Assembly: GCF_018398935.1 (NCBI RefSeq)
Contig: NZ_CP074694.1
Location: 3,750,001 to 3,782,000 of the forward strand
Direction of reading: 5' to 3'
DNA length: 32,000 nucleotides
Source: Telmatocola sphagniphila
GTDB lineage: Bacteria > Planctomycetota > Planctomycetia > Gemmatales > Gemmataceae
The translations under genes and the position numbers were made by a program. Within the stretch, counting starts at the first letter, position 1. The number at the start of each line of letters is the position of its first letter. Below the pieces are notes generated by a model. It saw only the letters and a program-made list of their open reading frames with translations. It was not told the origin of the DNA and did no database searches. Shown here piece by piece: positions 9,501 to 16,380 of this stretch.

Positions 9501-11128
9501 GTGCCACCATCACTAGCACCGCCGGATTTGCCATTGTTCGATATTATGGAACGGGAGCCGCCACTTTCGTGAATGCGGGTACCCTCATCAACGATTCCAG
9601 TACCACTAACAGCAACCTCCAAAACAACGTCACTTTCAACAACACCGGTACCGTTCAAGCCAATTCCGGCTCCCTGCTCATCAACGCCAGCGGCACCAGT
9701 ACCGGAGCTTTCGCCCTCAACGGCGGAACCATCAGCATCGAATCCGCCTCGATCTATAGTTTGAATAGCGGAGCAAGCATCGTTTACGGAGCTTCCAACT
9801 CCGGTGTTTTTCAAGTCAATGGCGGCACGCTGAACGTCAACAGCACCATCTCGGCGGTGAACCTCAAATTCAATTCCGGAACCATTCAAGGCACCGGAAC
9901 TCTTAACGTCAGCGGAGGGACCACATGGAATGGCGGGACCTTTGGAGGCGCGGCGACCATCAATGCCAACGGGGGATTAAATATCACGGGTTCTTCCAGT
10001 AATTTCCTAAATGGTGCCGCAGTGAACGCGGGCGGCACCAGTACCTGGAGCGGGACGTCTTACATCGACGGAAATAGCGTGTTGACGATCAATGCGGGGG
10101 CGACAGTAACCAATAACACTTCTTCCGGCCTATACCGGTACAATGATCAAGGTACTGCTAGCTTTTTCGTTGCAGGACAGTTTATTAACAGTGCCAATTA
10201 CACAGTCTCTTCGAGTATCAGCTTCTCGAATACGGGCACAGTTCAAACAGTGACTGGCTTCCTGGATGTCAGTAATGCCATTCTGCCGCAACTCACGGGG
10301 GGAACCCTTTCAGGCGGCTCCTGGCTGGTCGGAGACAACACCACTTTGAATTTCGGATCCAATTCCATCAGCACGATCGGGACGAACACTCTCGTGCAAC
10401 TCGGCGGCCCGAATGCCACTTTCGCGGCTTTGAATTCACTCACCACGAACAATGGCACTCTGAACGTGATTGGCGGTGCGAATTTCACGCCAACGGGAGG
10501 ATCGATTTCGAACAACGGGACCATTTTCGTAGGAAGTTCCAGCACGGTTACCGCGGCCGTGAACGTCAATAATGGGGCGAAACTTTACGGGATTGGTTCT
10601 ATAACGGGAGCGCTGAGTGTTGCCAGCGGTGGCAGCCTGTTCATCAGCAATCCGAACACAAATGCCCCGGGTATTTTGAATGCTTCCTCGAGTGTTACGC
10701 TCAGCCCGGGCAGCACCTTCAATGTCTATCTGAACGGCAACACGGCCGGATCGGGCTATTCCCAATTGAAAATGGTTGCGGGCCAGACCTTGTCGGCTTA
10801 TGCCACATTAAATGTCGTGTTAAACTACGGCCCCACCATGACAGACAAGTACTTTATCATCATCAACGGAACGAATTCTTCGAACAGCACCTTTAATGGT
10901 TTACCGCAGAACAGTCAGGTCAGTCTGGGAACCTATGGTGGCAATAGCTTCTATGGATACATCAGCTATACGGGCAACGCCGCCACGGATTCCATCACTG
11001 GTGGCAACGATGTGGTGATCTACAACCCCGCTCCGGAGCCGGGAAGTTTGTTAGCCTTGGTCGCTGTATTGGGACTGGGTTGTTACTCTCGACGCAAACG
11101 GCAAGTACTGACGAATTTAGCGGTTTGA
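6575..11128 (+). CDS. Giant repetitive N/S/T/G-rich secreted surface protein with C-terminal PEP-CTERM sorting signal
   Basis: Track ORF is 6560..11128. The ATG at 6575 gives the signal-peptide-like start MFQFRPPLFRRLIACTLLLALNASLSRA; a TTG at 6560 is the alternative. The C-terminus NPAPEPGSLLALVAVLGLGCYSRRKRQ has a PEP motif (11043-11051), a hydrophobic helix and a basic tail. The body is made of beta-helix-like repeats with almost no charged residues. Confidence 0.9.
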   Translation: MFQFRPPLFRRLIACTLLLALNASLSRASDYSWSGPGGAGGLNGNWNLSTNWTSSNGGVSYPLAGDNALLGFLGTTYTVTISDTEAVNNLTIASGAIGALGNLSQTSGSAFTLYGTFTNNSGYSNTGGSFTLASGAAYLGQSGSSFTLNNGSTLTINTGASYTLNSGSSATINSGANYNLNGGAVTTNIDLNFSSGSTFNFTAGTLAAPSSTVAISGTFTWSGGTFQSGTINAYAGGALSGSSNYLNGAALTLYSSSTLAGSLNIDNGSVLTFGSGSTVTTTSGISISRSSNVGTATISNAGFFVNNLTSGSSSIGANITFNNTGTIQLLSGSLTQNGNGTNSGTWTLNGGSLTLQPLASYTLGSGTNITLDNGSILSTTLGATLSTNAGVNISRSNGTGSGTFSNAGTFINDSNTSNSNIQSNVTFNNTGTVQANSGILLINANGTNTGSFLLNGGTLSIESASNYTFGSGAAISYGTANSGVFQVNSGTLNVNASVPSVNLTFLNGTIQGTGIFNVSGPVNWYSGTFAGSVTVNANGGLNTNAGSMFINAASVNIGGSSTWIGTLYMDNGATLTNNSGATITSTAGFSISRYNSVGIATFLNAGTLINDSNTTNSNIQSNVTFNNTGTVQANSGLLLINASGTSTGAFALNGGTISIESASIYNLNSGASIVYGASNTGSFQVNSGTLNVNASIPSVNLTFLNGTIQGSGTLNVSGPTNWNSGTFAGSVTVNANGGLNTNAGSMFINAASVNIGGSSTWNGTIYMDNGATLTNNSGATITSTAGFSISRYNSVGIATFLNAGTLINDSNTINSNLQNNVTFNNTGTLQAKSGSLLINASGASTGAFSLNGGTISIESASTYNLNSGASIVYGVSNSGVFQVNGGTLNVNSTISAVNLKFNSGTIQGSGTLSISGPTNWYGGTFAGAVTVNANGGLNTNAGSMFVNAASVNIGGSSTWNGTLYMDNGATLTNNSGATITSTAGFAIVRYYGTGAATFVNAGTLINDSSTTNSNLQNNVTFNNTGTVQANSGSLLINASGTSTGAFALNGGTISIESASIYSLNSGASIVYGASNSGVFQVNGGTLNVNSTISAVNLKFNSGTIQGTGTLNVSGGTTWNGGTFGGAATINANGGLNITGSSSNFLNGAAVNAGGTSTWSGTSYIDGNSVLTINAGATVTNNTSSGLYRYNDQGTASFFVAGQFINSANYTVSSSISFSNTGTVQTVTGFLDVSNAILPQLTGGTLSGGSWLVGDNTTLNFGSNSISTIGTNTLVQLGGPNATFAALNSLTTNNGTLNVIGGANFTPTGGSISNNGTIFVGSSSTVTAAVNVNNGAKLYGIGSITGALSVASGGSLFISNPNTNAPGILNASSSVTLSPGSTFNVYLNGNTAGSGYSQLKMVAGQTLSAYATLNVVLNYGPTMTDKYFIIINGTNSSNSTFNGLPQNSQVSLGTYGGNSFYGYISYTGNAATDSITGGNDVVIYNPAPEPGSLLALVAVLGLGCYSRRKRQVLTNLAV
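7853..10222 (+). repeat. Four tandem 594-bp (198-aa) intragenic repeats
   Basis: The landmark TTCAA(T/C)AACACCGG (FNNTGT) recurs at 7853, 8447, 9041 and 9635, exactly 594 bp apart. A diverged copy lies at 10223 and a shorter 318-bp relative starts at 7535. Long identical tracts occur between units, for example 8306-8391 equals 8900-8985. Confidence 0.95.
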
Positions 11129-11273
11129 TCACTTAACGGATGATTAGCTTTATAACTTGTCAACCGGCTGCGATAATAAGTGATGATCGCTAAAAAAATT
11201 GGAATCGAGTCCTGTACAGCAGCAACATGCAAGCCGAGGGCAAAATTAATTATTAACGATTCTTTACAAAGGC

Positions 11274-11281
11274 TTTTTAAT
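11274..11281. repeat. Target-site duplication, left copy (TTTTTAAT)
   Basis: This 8-bp TTTTTAAT directly abuts the left IS terminus. An identical copy abuts the right terminus at 12706-12713. Confidence 0.85.
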
Positions 11282-11294
11282 GGCTCTTCCGTTT

Positions 11295-11840
11295 CTAGGT
11301 GTAGCATCCAGAGAAATGCTTCTGTATCTGGTTGACGAAGCCGCGAATCTCCGCAATGGTCGGCCCTAATTTTTTCGCGGCCCAATTCACGTCCAGGAGT
11401 ATTCTCGTCCAGAGCGTAGTTAGACTCTGAATTCCATAACTTCGGCGTAGCACTACCCGAATCTTGGTATTCAGACCCTCCACCGGGCCGCTGCTTTTGC
11501 GTTCCTCGAAGTAGGCTAAGATCCCCTCCCAGTTATTCTTGAGCATCGTGATGAACGGCTCCCAATCCATCTCGGTCTCGCGGGCCTGGACGATCCAATC
11601 TTCCAACAGTCGCGAGGCTTCGGCTCGGTTCGGGGCCGTATCGAAGATCTTGGTCGCCTCCCAACGCAGATGGTAGATCGTTCCCAACGAAGGCACCTTC
11701 TCGAACAAATCCTCGAGGGCCTGGACCTGCTCCGGATTCAAATCCTCCGGACGACGCCGGAAGTCGTGCATCTGAGAACGCAGCTTCTTGCGGGCTTCCC
11801 CGCTCAAACTTCGCTTGTAGGCTCGATAGTTTTTTTTCGC
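11295..11840 (-). CDS. ISL3-family transposase, C-terminal part (frame -1 relative to the N-terminal part)
   Basis: This is the part of track ORF 11295..12005 downstream of the A8 run. ...KKNYRAYKRSLSGEARKKLR...YHLRWEATKIF...EGLNTKIRVVLRRSYG is typical of the DDE_Tnp_ISL3 C-terminus. Confidence 0.8.
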   Translation of the reverse strand, partial: AKKNYRAYKRSLSGEARKKLRSQMHDFRRRPEDLNPEQVQALEDLFEKVPSLGTIYHLRWEATKIFDTAPNRAEASRLLEDWIVQARETEMDWEPFITMLKNNWEGILAYFEERKSSGPVEGLNTKIRVVLRRSYGIQSLTTLWTRILLDVNWAAKKLGPTIAEIRGFVNQIQKHFSGCYT

Positions 11841-12610
11841 AGATCGTCCGCCACCTCCCCCAATTTCTTGGCGACGTGAAAGCGATCTATTACCGACTGG
11901 CTGTTGGGTAAATGCACGCCGCAAGCCTTCAAATACGCCGCGCTCATGTCCGTATGATGCCAACGCACCGCCGACCGTTGCTGGGCCGACAAACGCTCTA
12001 AACACGCTTGCCCCGCTGCTTCGTCACGACCCTTGGACAGAGCGAGAATCTCCGGACGCTCCGCATTCGTCAGGTCCGTGAGAATGGTCGCATATCCCTT
12101 ATGCCCCTTACGCAGGCTGATCTCATCCAGACCCAAACGCTCGATCTTCCGCTGGGGATCGATCTGCTTCGCCTTGGCGTCCTCTATCCGGTTCTTGACG
12201 ATTCGCTCCACCGTTTCCGCGGCGATCCCCAAACGCACTGCCACGTCTTCGGCTGTGCTCCCGATCAGACTGACCAGCACCTGCTCCTCGAAACGAAACG
12301 TATATTTCACATCCCGACGCTTGAACGGCGGCAACAGCGATTGACGGTGACCGCACGACGGGCAGCGGTGATACAACTCCTGGTACACGAAAAAGCTCGG
12401 CTTACCCCACAAGTCTAGATCGCGGATGCTCAGAAACTTGTTCTTCTCCACCAATTGAAGCCGAGACTCTCGCTGGCATGTCTCGCAACAAAGATTGTCG
12501 GGCAACTGCCAACTCACGTGAAAGGCGTGGCCGCCGTCGACGCGTTCGTATTCGCCAACGCTCACTCCGGCAGGGACGTCCATGTCTATGGCAATGGTAG
12601 TCGTTGTCAT
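11804..12610 (-). CDS. ISL3-family transposase, N-terminal part (zinc-finger + HTH), ends at stop after A8 run
   Basis: Track ORF is 11804..12670; the likely start is the ATG at 12610 (MTTTTIAIDMDV...). A zf-ISL3-like CETCQ...CPSCGH is present. The frame ends in ...DDLRKKTIEPTSEV just after the A8 run (T8 on the plus strand, 11830-11837). Confidence 0.8.
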   Translation of the reverse strand: MTTTTIAIDMDVPAGVSVGEYERVDGGHAFHVSWQLPDNLCCETCQRESRLQLVEKNKFLSIRDLDLWGKPSFFVYQELYHRCPSCGHRQSLLPPFKRRDVKYTFRFEEQVLVSLIGSTAEDVAVRLGIAAETVERIVKNRIEDAKAKQIDPQRKIERLGLDEISLRKGHKGYATILTDLTNAERPEILALSKGRDEAAGQACLERLSAQQRSAVRWHHTDMSAAYLKACGVHLPNSQSVIDRFHVAKKLGEVADDLRKKTIEPTSEV

Positions 12611-12705
12611 CGGCTCTTCCGTGAACCAGGAAAAGGGTACTCTCAATTGCAATCTATCCCAGTAGGACACTTTCGCCGAGGGTTGCGCCTAAAAACGGAA
12701 GAGCC

Positions 12706-12713
12706 TTTTTAAT
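12706..12713. repeat. Target-site duplication, right copy (TTTTTAAT)
   Basis: It is identical to 11274-11281 and lies immediately outside the right IS terminus. Confidence 0.85.
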
Positions 12714-12870
12714 TGTGAGATTCCAAAGAGTATTTCTTAATATACAATTTTGATCAGATCGTCGATCAGAAACATTTACAATTCTCGAAACTGTTTTATA
12801 GGTGATGAGTATATTTACTATTAATAGAAATCCGGTATGCGAGGATTCCTAACTGCCAGCAAAGAAAACT

Positions 12871-13053
12871 TTACTCTTCCTCCTTTCCCTCTTTTTTCTC
12901 CGGCGTCTCTTTATTCCGGCCCGATTGAATGAGAACCTTACGCAGTAGGAACTCAATCTGACCGTTCAGGCTACGCAAGTCGTCATCGGCCCAGCGCTGG
13001 ACCGCTTCCAGCAAGGTGGGATCGATCCTCAGTAGAAAGGACTTACGCGCCAA
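12871..13053 (-). CDS. Arc/MetJ-type ribbon-helix-helix DNA-binding protein
   Basis: The 60-aa ORF has a TTG start. ARKSFLLRIDPTLLEAVQRWADDDLRSLNGQIEFLLRKVL matches the Arc-like RHH pattern (beta strand FLLRI, RSLN turn), followed by an acidic/lysine tail. It lies 5 bp downstream of the hydrolase gene. Confidence 0.75.
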   Translation of the reverse strand: MARKSFLLRIDPTLLEAVQRWADDDLRSLNGQIEFLLRKVLIQSGRNKETPEKKEGKEEE

Positions 13054-13058
13054 GTGAT

Positions 13059-13991
13059 TTATCCCTTAATGAAATTCACGATCGCACTAACCAGCCCCTC
13101 TGCCAGCGGCAGGGTCGGGTCGGTATAAGGCTTCATGTATAATTCTTCGTTCTTCACCAACTTGAGTACATGGGCCATTTTTTCAATGTGCACTCTTTTC
13201 GCTTTGGGATTGGCCTTCTGAAGTAAGAGCCCATGCTCCTCGGGCACCTGAATATCCCGACTGCCGCTGATGATCAGACAAGGACAAGTGAGTTTGGCAA
13301 AATCCTCGTCTGGCTTAATATTCATTTCGGAAATCAAATAAGGCTGTACCCCCTTATAAAAAAGTGACGCCAACTCCTTGGGAAAATCCTCAGTCTCCGT
13401 TCCCGCTTCGAGGCTGACGATGACCACCTCGGCCTTCTTGTACATTTCCTCGCTGAGCTTCGGCCTCAATTGCTCACGTAAAGTCGCCCCCATCGTCTTC
13501 CCGGGTCCGCAAAGCGAAATGAAACCATCGACCTTTTCTTTAAGCACAGCGCGGGCTCCAATGAGTGAGCCCTCGGAATGTCCAATAAAATAGACTTTCG
13601 AAAATCTTTTATCCTTCCTCAACAACCTGATCCAGGCTACCGCATCCTCCTCATAACCATTGACACCGAAGGTTTTGAGTTGTTCCACCGTTAGAGCCTC
13701 TCTGCTCTCCCCGACACCCCGCTTATCGATGCGAACCGAAGCAATCCCCTGCTTGGCCAATTCCTGCCCCAGCATTTTGTAACAATTCGATTGCAGGAGC
13801 TTACCGGAATTGCCGTCCTTATCGGTCGGCCCAGAACCGGCATGAATGATCGCCACGGGAAAGGGGCCCGAACCTTCCGGGAGATCCAATGCGGCGACCA
13901 ACTTGCCTTTTTCTTGAGGAATCTCCAATTTGATCGAATCAGACGCCGAAGCCGAGCCCGCGAAAAGCAGCAAAACCATAATCGCTCGCAT
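13059..13991 (-). CDS. Secreted alpha/beta-fold serine hydrolase
   Basis: The N-terminus is signal-peptide-like (MRAIMVLLLFAGSASA). A nucleophile elbow GHSEG is present, with candidate acid (SGSRD) and His (KMAHV) residues in alpha/beta hydrolase order. Confidence 0.85.
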   Translation of the reverse strand: MRAIMVLLLFAGSASASDSIKLEIPQEKGKLVAALDLPEGSGPFPVAIIHAGSGPTDKDGNSGKLLQSNCYKMLGQELAKQGIASVRIDKRGVGESREALTVEQLKTFGVNGYEEDAVAWIRLLRKDKRFSKVYFIGHSEGSLIGARAVLKEKVDGFISLCGPGKTMGATLREQLRPKLSEEMYKKAEVVIVSLEAGTETEDFPKELASLFYKGVQPYLISEMNIKPDEDFAKLTCPCLIISGSRDIQVPEEHGLLLQKANPKAKRVHIEKMAHVLKLVKNEELYMKPYTDPTLPLAEGLVSAIVNFIKG

Positions 13992-14014
13992 CGATCGCTC
14001 CCGAAGAGAGGAAG

Positions 14015-14043
14015 TGAGCCGGTCACCCAGAGCGACCGGCTCA
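14015..14043 (-). other. Intercistronic 10-bp perfect stem-loop between the SPFH and hydrolase genes
   Basis: TGAGCCGGTC (14015-14024) pairs with GACCGGCTCA (14034-14043) around a 9-nt loop. No U-tract follows on the minus strand, so it is more likely an RNA stability or processing element than a terminator. Confidence 0.5.
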
Positions 14044-14051
14044 ATAAAGTA

Positions 14052-14990
14052 TTAGCTGTAGATAGTACCCGTGTTGACCACTGGCTGAACGGTACTGTGG
14101 CTGCAGAGAACGACCAGCAGATTACTGACCATGGCGGCCCGACGTTCCGCATCCAAATCTACAAGATTCTTTTTCTGCAATTCCTCAAGCGCCATCTCCA
14201 CCATACCCACGGCGTTATGCACGATAATCTGGCGAGCGGCCACTATCGCAGTGGCCTGCTGTCGCTGGAGCATCGCGGCGGCGATCTCCGCGGAATACGC
14301 CAAGTGACTAATTCTCGCATCGAGAATCTCCAAGCCTGCATTATTTAACCGGTCGTGCAGATCGCTCTTAAGCTCCTCGGCGATCTCCTGCGTATGCCCG
14401 CGTAAACTCCGCTCATCGCCGTGCGGATCATAGGAGTAACGACTGGCCAGGTTTCGCAAAGCGGCCTCGCTCTGCAACTGTACGAATTCCTTGTAATTCT
14501 TGACCGCGAACACCGCCTCCGCGGGCCGAACCACCTTCCAGACCACAATCGCAGCAATCTCGATGGGAGTGCCTTCTCGATCGTTAACCTTGGACGGCTG
14601 ACGTTTCTGAGAGGCCGGGGTAATCAATTTTCCCATGTTGTCGCGCTGTTCGGGTACCGACAACTGCCCGGTTTCAAATGTATCCATCCGCTGCGAAACT
14701 CGAGTCGTGAAGTAAAACGGGTTTCCCCAGAACAAACCCACATCGGTCATCGTTCCCATGTATCTGCCGAACAATTGGACGACTTTCGTCTCATTGGGAC
14801 TCACAATTACGAATCCGAAGGGTACTAATAGCCAGACAAGCCCCGTCAGGATTGCCAGCGGGACAAAAACGGGCCATTTCTCCGTTTGAGCTCCCAACAC
14901 AATCCACGACGTAAAAATCCCGGGAATCACCAGGATGTAGAGAAGAATTCCCACCACACCCGGCAGCAGACGTAGCGGACGATCCACCAT
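14052..14990 (-). CDS. SPFH/band-7 (stomatin/prohibitin-like) membrane protein
   Basis: The ATG at 14990 ([18 protein letters not shown]...) lies inside track ORF 14052..15290. Two N-terminal TM segments precede an SPFH-like core ([11 protein letters not shown]...[10 protein letters not shown]...[12 protein letters not shown]...[26 protein letters not shown]). Confidence 0.85.
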   Translation of the reverse strand: MVDRPLRLLPGVVGILLYILVIPGIFTSWIVLGAQTEKWPVFVPLAILTGLVWLLVPFGFVIVSPNETKVVQLFGRYMGTMTDVGLFWGNPFYFTTRVSQRMDTFETGQLSVPEQRDNMGKLITPASQKRQPSKVNDREGTPIEIAAIVVWKVVRPAEAVFAVKNYKEFVQLQSEAALRNLASRYSYDPHGDERSLRGHTQEIAEELKSDLHDRLNNAGLEILDARISHLAYSAEIAAAMLQRQQATAIVAARQIIVHNAVGMVEMALEELQKKNLVDLDAERRAAMVSNLLVVLCSHSTVQPVVNTGTIYS

Positions 14991-15010
14991 GGCATAGCCT
15001 CCGATAGTTA

Positions 15011-15040
15011 GATATCGATATGATATCACTTTAATATCAC
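15011..15040. promoter_or_regulatory. Three GATATC-type direct repeats with 11-bp phasing (candidate operator) in the SPFH/moxR divergent region
   Basis: GATATC at 15011, GATATC at 15022 and AATATC at 15033, plus an extra GATAT at 15017. ATATCAC is repeated at 15023 and 15034. The repeats lie 21-50 bp upstream of the SPFH start codon. Confidence 0.4.
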
Positions 15041-15276
15041 ATCTCAAGGAGAATTTCGAAAACTGTGGCCGGGAATTTGAAAAAGTGTGACTTTGTTTCT
15101 TTCGTCTGTTCGAAAACGCTTTCCGCGCTCGTCGTGAAGATGAGGGAAATTCTCGGAAAGAGTTTCTTGAGTCTGAGTGCATGTACTGGTAGACTTTTTT
15201 GAAGCAACGATGAAAGACCTTCCCGTCGGGCTCTCCCTCCCCCCGGCTTACTTGCTCTTTTTGGAACTGAATACGC

Positions 15277-16293
15277 ATGTCGAACGTCACGGTTTCCGAC
15301 TCCGATACAGAACTTCTGACTCAATTGCGGGATGCTCACAAGCTGCTGCGAAAAGAAATGTCCAAGGTAATCGTTGGACAGGAACAGGTGGTCGATCAGC
15401 TGCTGATGGCGATCTTCTGTCGTTCGCACGCCCTCCTGATGGGGGTACCGGGGCTGGCTAAAACCCTGATGGTCAGCACACTCTCGCAATGCCTCGACCT
15501 CAGTTTCAAGCGCATTCAATTCACTCCCGACCTGATGCCTTCCGACATCACCGGTACCGAAGTGATTCAGGACGACCCGGCCACCAAACAGCGCATGTTC
15601 AAGTTTCTTCCAGGTCCAATCTTCGCCAATATTGTGCTGGCGGACGAAATCAACCGTACTCCTCCCAAAACTCAAGCGGCCCTGCTCGAGGCGATGCAGG
15701 AACGCAAAGCTTCCATCGGCGGCATCGATCATCCGATGCGAAATCCGTTCTTCGTGCTGGCAACTCAGAATCCGATCGAACAGGAAGGGACCTATCCACT
15801 TCCCGAAGCCCAGCTCGACCGCTTTTTGTTCCTGATCAAAGTCGATTATCCGACCGATGCCGAGGAAGAGTTGATCATGCGGCAGGGAACCATGGAAACG
15901 AAGGAACGGATTACTCCCGTTTTGAATGCCGACGAGATCATCAAGCTGCAACAAGTGGTCCGACGGGTTCCCGTGTCCGATCTGGTCTATCAGTTCGCCA
16001 AGCGTCTGACGCGACTTTCGCGACCGGGCACACCGGAAGCGGCCGATTTTGTGAATAAGTGGCTCACCTGGGGAGCTGGCCCGCGAGCCTCGATGAACCT
16101 CATCCTGGCGGCCAAGGCCCACGCCATTCTACGCGGCAGCAACCATGTGGCGGGGGATGATGTGGTGGCCGTGGCGACTCCGATTTTAAGGCACCGGATT
16201 ATTCCGAACTTCGCGGCCCAAAGTGAAGGAGTCACGCCGGAGGAAGTGATCAAGCAGTTAGTGAAGCAAGCGGCGAAAGCGTTCGCGGCTTAG
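15277..16293 (+). CDS. MoxR-family AAA+ ATPase
   Basis: Walker A GVPGLAKT and Walker B IVLADEINRTPPKTQAALLEAMQE are present. The layout is the typical MoxR one (VIVGQEQVVDQLL..., FFVLATQNPIEQEGTYPLPEAQLDRF). Confidence 0.95.
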   Translation: MSNVTVSDSDTELLTQLRDAHKLLRKEMSKVIVGQEQVVDQLLMAIFCRSHALLMGVPGLAKTLMVSTLSQCLDLSFKRIQFTPDLMPSDITGTEVIQDDPATKQRMFKFLPGPIFANIVLADEINRTPPKTQAALLEAMQERKASIGGIDHPMRNPFFVLATQNPIEQEGTYPLPEAQLDRFLFLIKVDYPTDAEEELIMRQGTMETKERITPVLNADEIIKLQQVVRRVPVSDLVYQFAKRLTRLSRPGTPEAADFVNKWLTWGAGPRASMNLILAAKAHAILRGSNHVAGDDVVAVATPILRHRIIPNFAAQSEGVTPEEVIKQLVKQAAKAFAA

Positions 16294-16317
16294 GCAATAA
16301 GCCAAGTAATTTAGATT

Positions 16318-16345
16318 AACCACAGAGAACACCGAGAGCACTGAG
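16318..16345. repeat. Left arm of 28-bp inverted repeat flanking the GxxExxY gene
   Basis: The reverse complement of AACCACAGAGAACACCGAGAGCACTGAG matches 16816-16843 at 27/28 positions. Confidence 0.9.
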
Positions 16346-16380
16346 AGGTTCTCGAGAGTAGGAAGGGTTAGAGCCGGTAT

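Larger units (their letters stand above)
11282..12705 (-). mobile_element. ISL3-family insertion sequence (1424 bp) with terminal inverted repeats and 8-bp TSD
   Basis: The left end is GGCTCTTCCGTTTCTAGGTGTA. The reverse complement of the right end is GGCTCTTCCGTTTTTAGGCGCA, giving about 19/22 matches and the GG start typical of ISL3. The ends are flanked by identical TTTTTAAT repeats, and the element encodes an ISL3-type transposase. Confidence 0.9.

Noticed and set aside
8226-9764. P/T/S-rich alternative-frame ORFs inside the tandem repeats (8226..8444, 8820..9170 and 9573..9764 on the plus strand, plus minus-strand counterparts).
   Set aside because: They repeat only because the underlying 594-bp DNA unit repeats. 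The frame carrying the signal peptide and the PEP-CTERM tail is the continuous 1.5-k codon frame.
6575-11128. A very high density of N-X-S/T sequons in the giant protein, considered as evidence for HMW1-like N-glycosylation.
   Set aside because: The sequon count is expected from the extreme N/S/T composition. No glycosyltransferase is encoded in the window, so there is no independent support.
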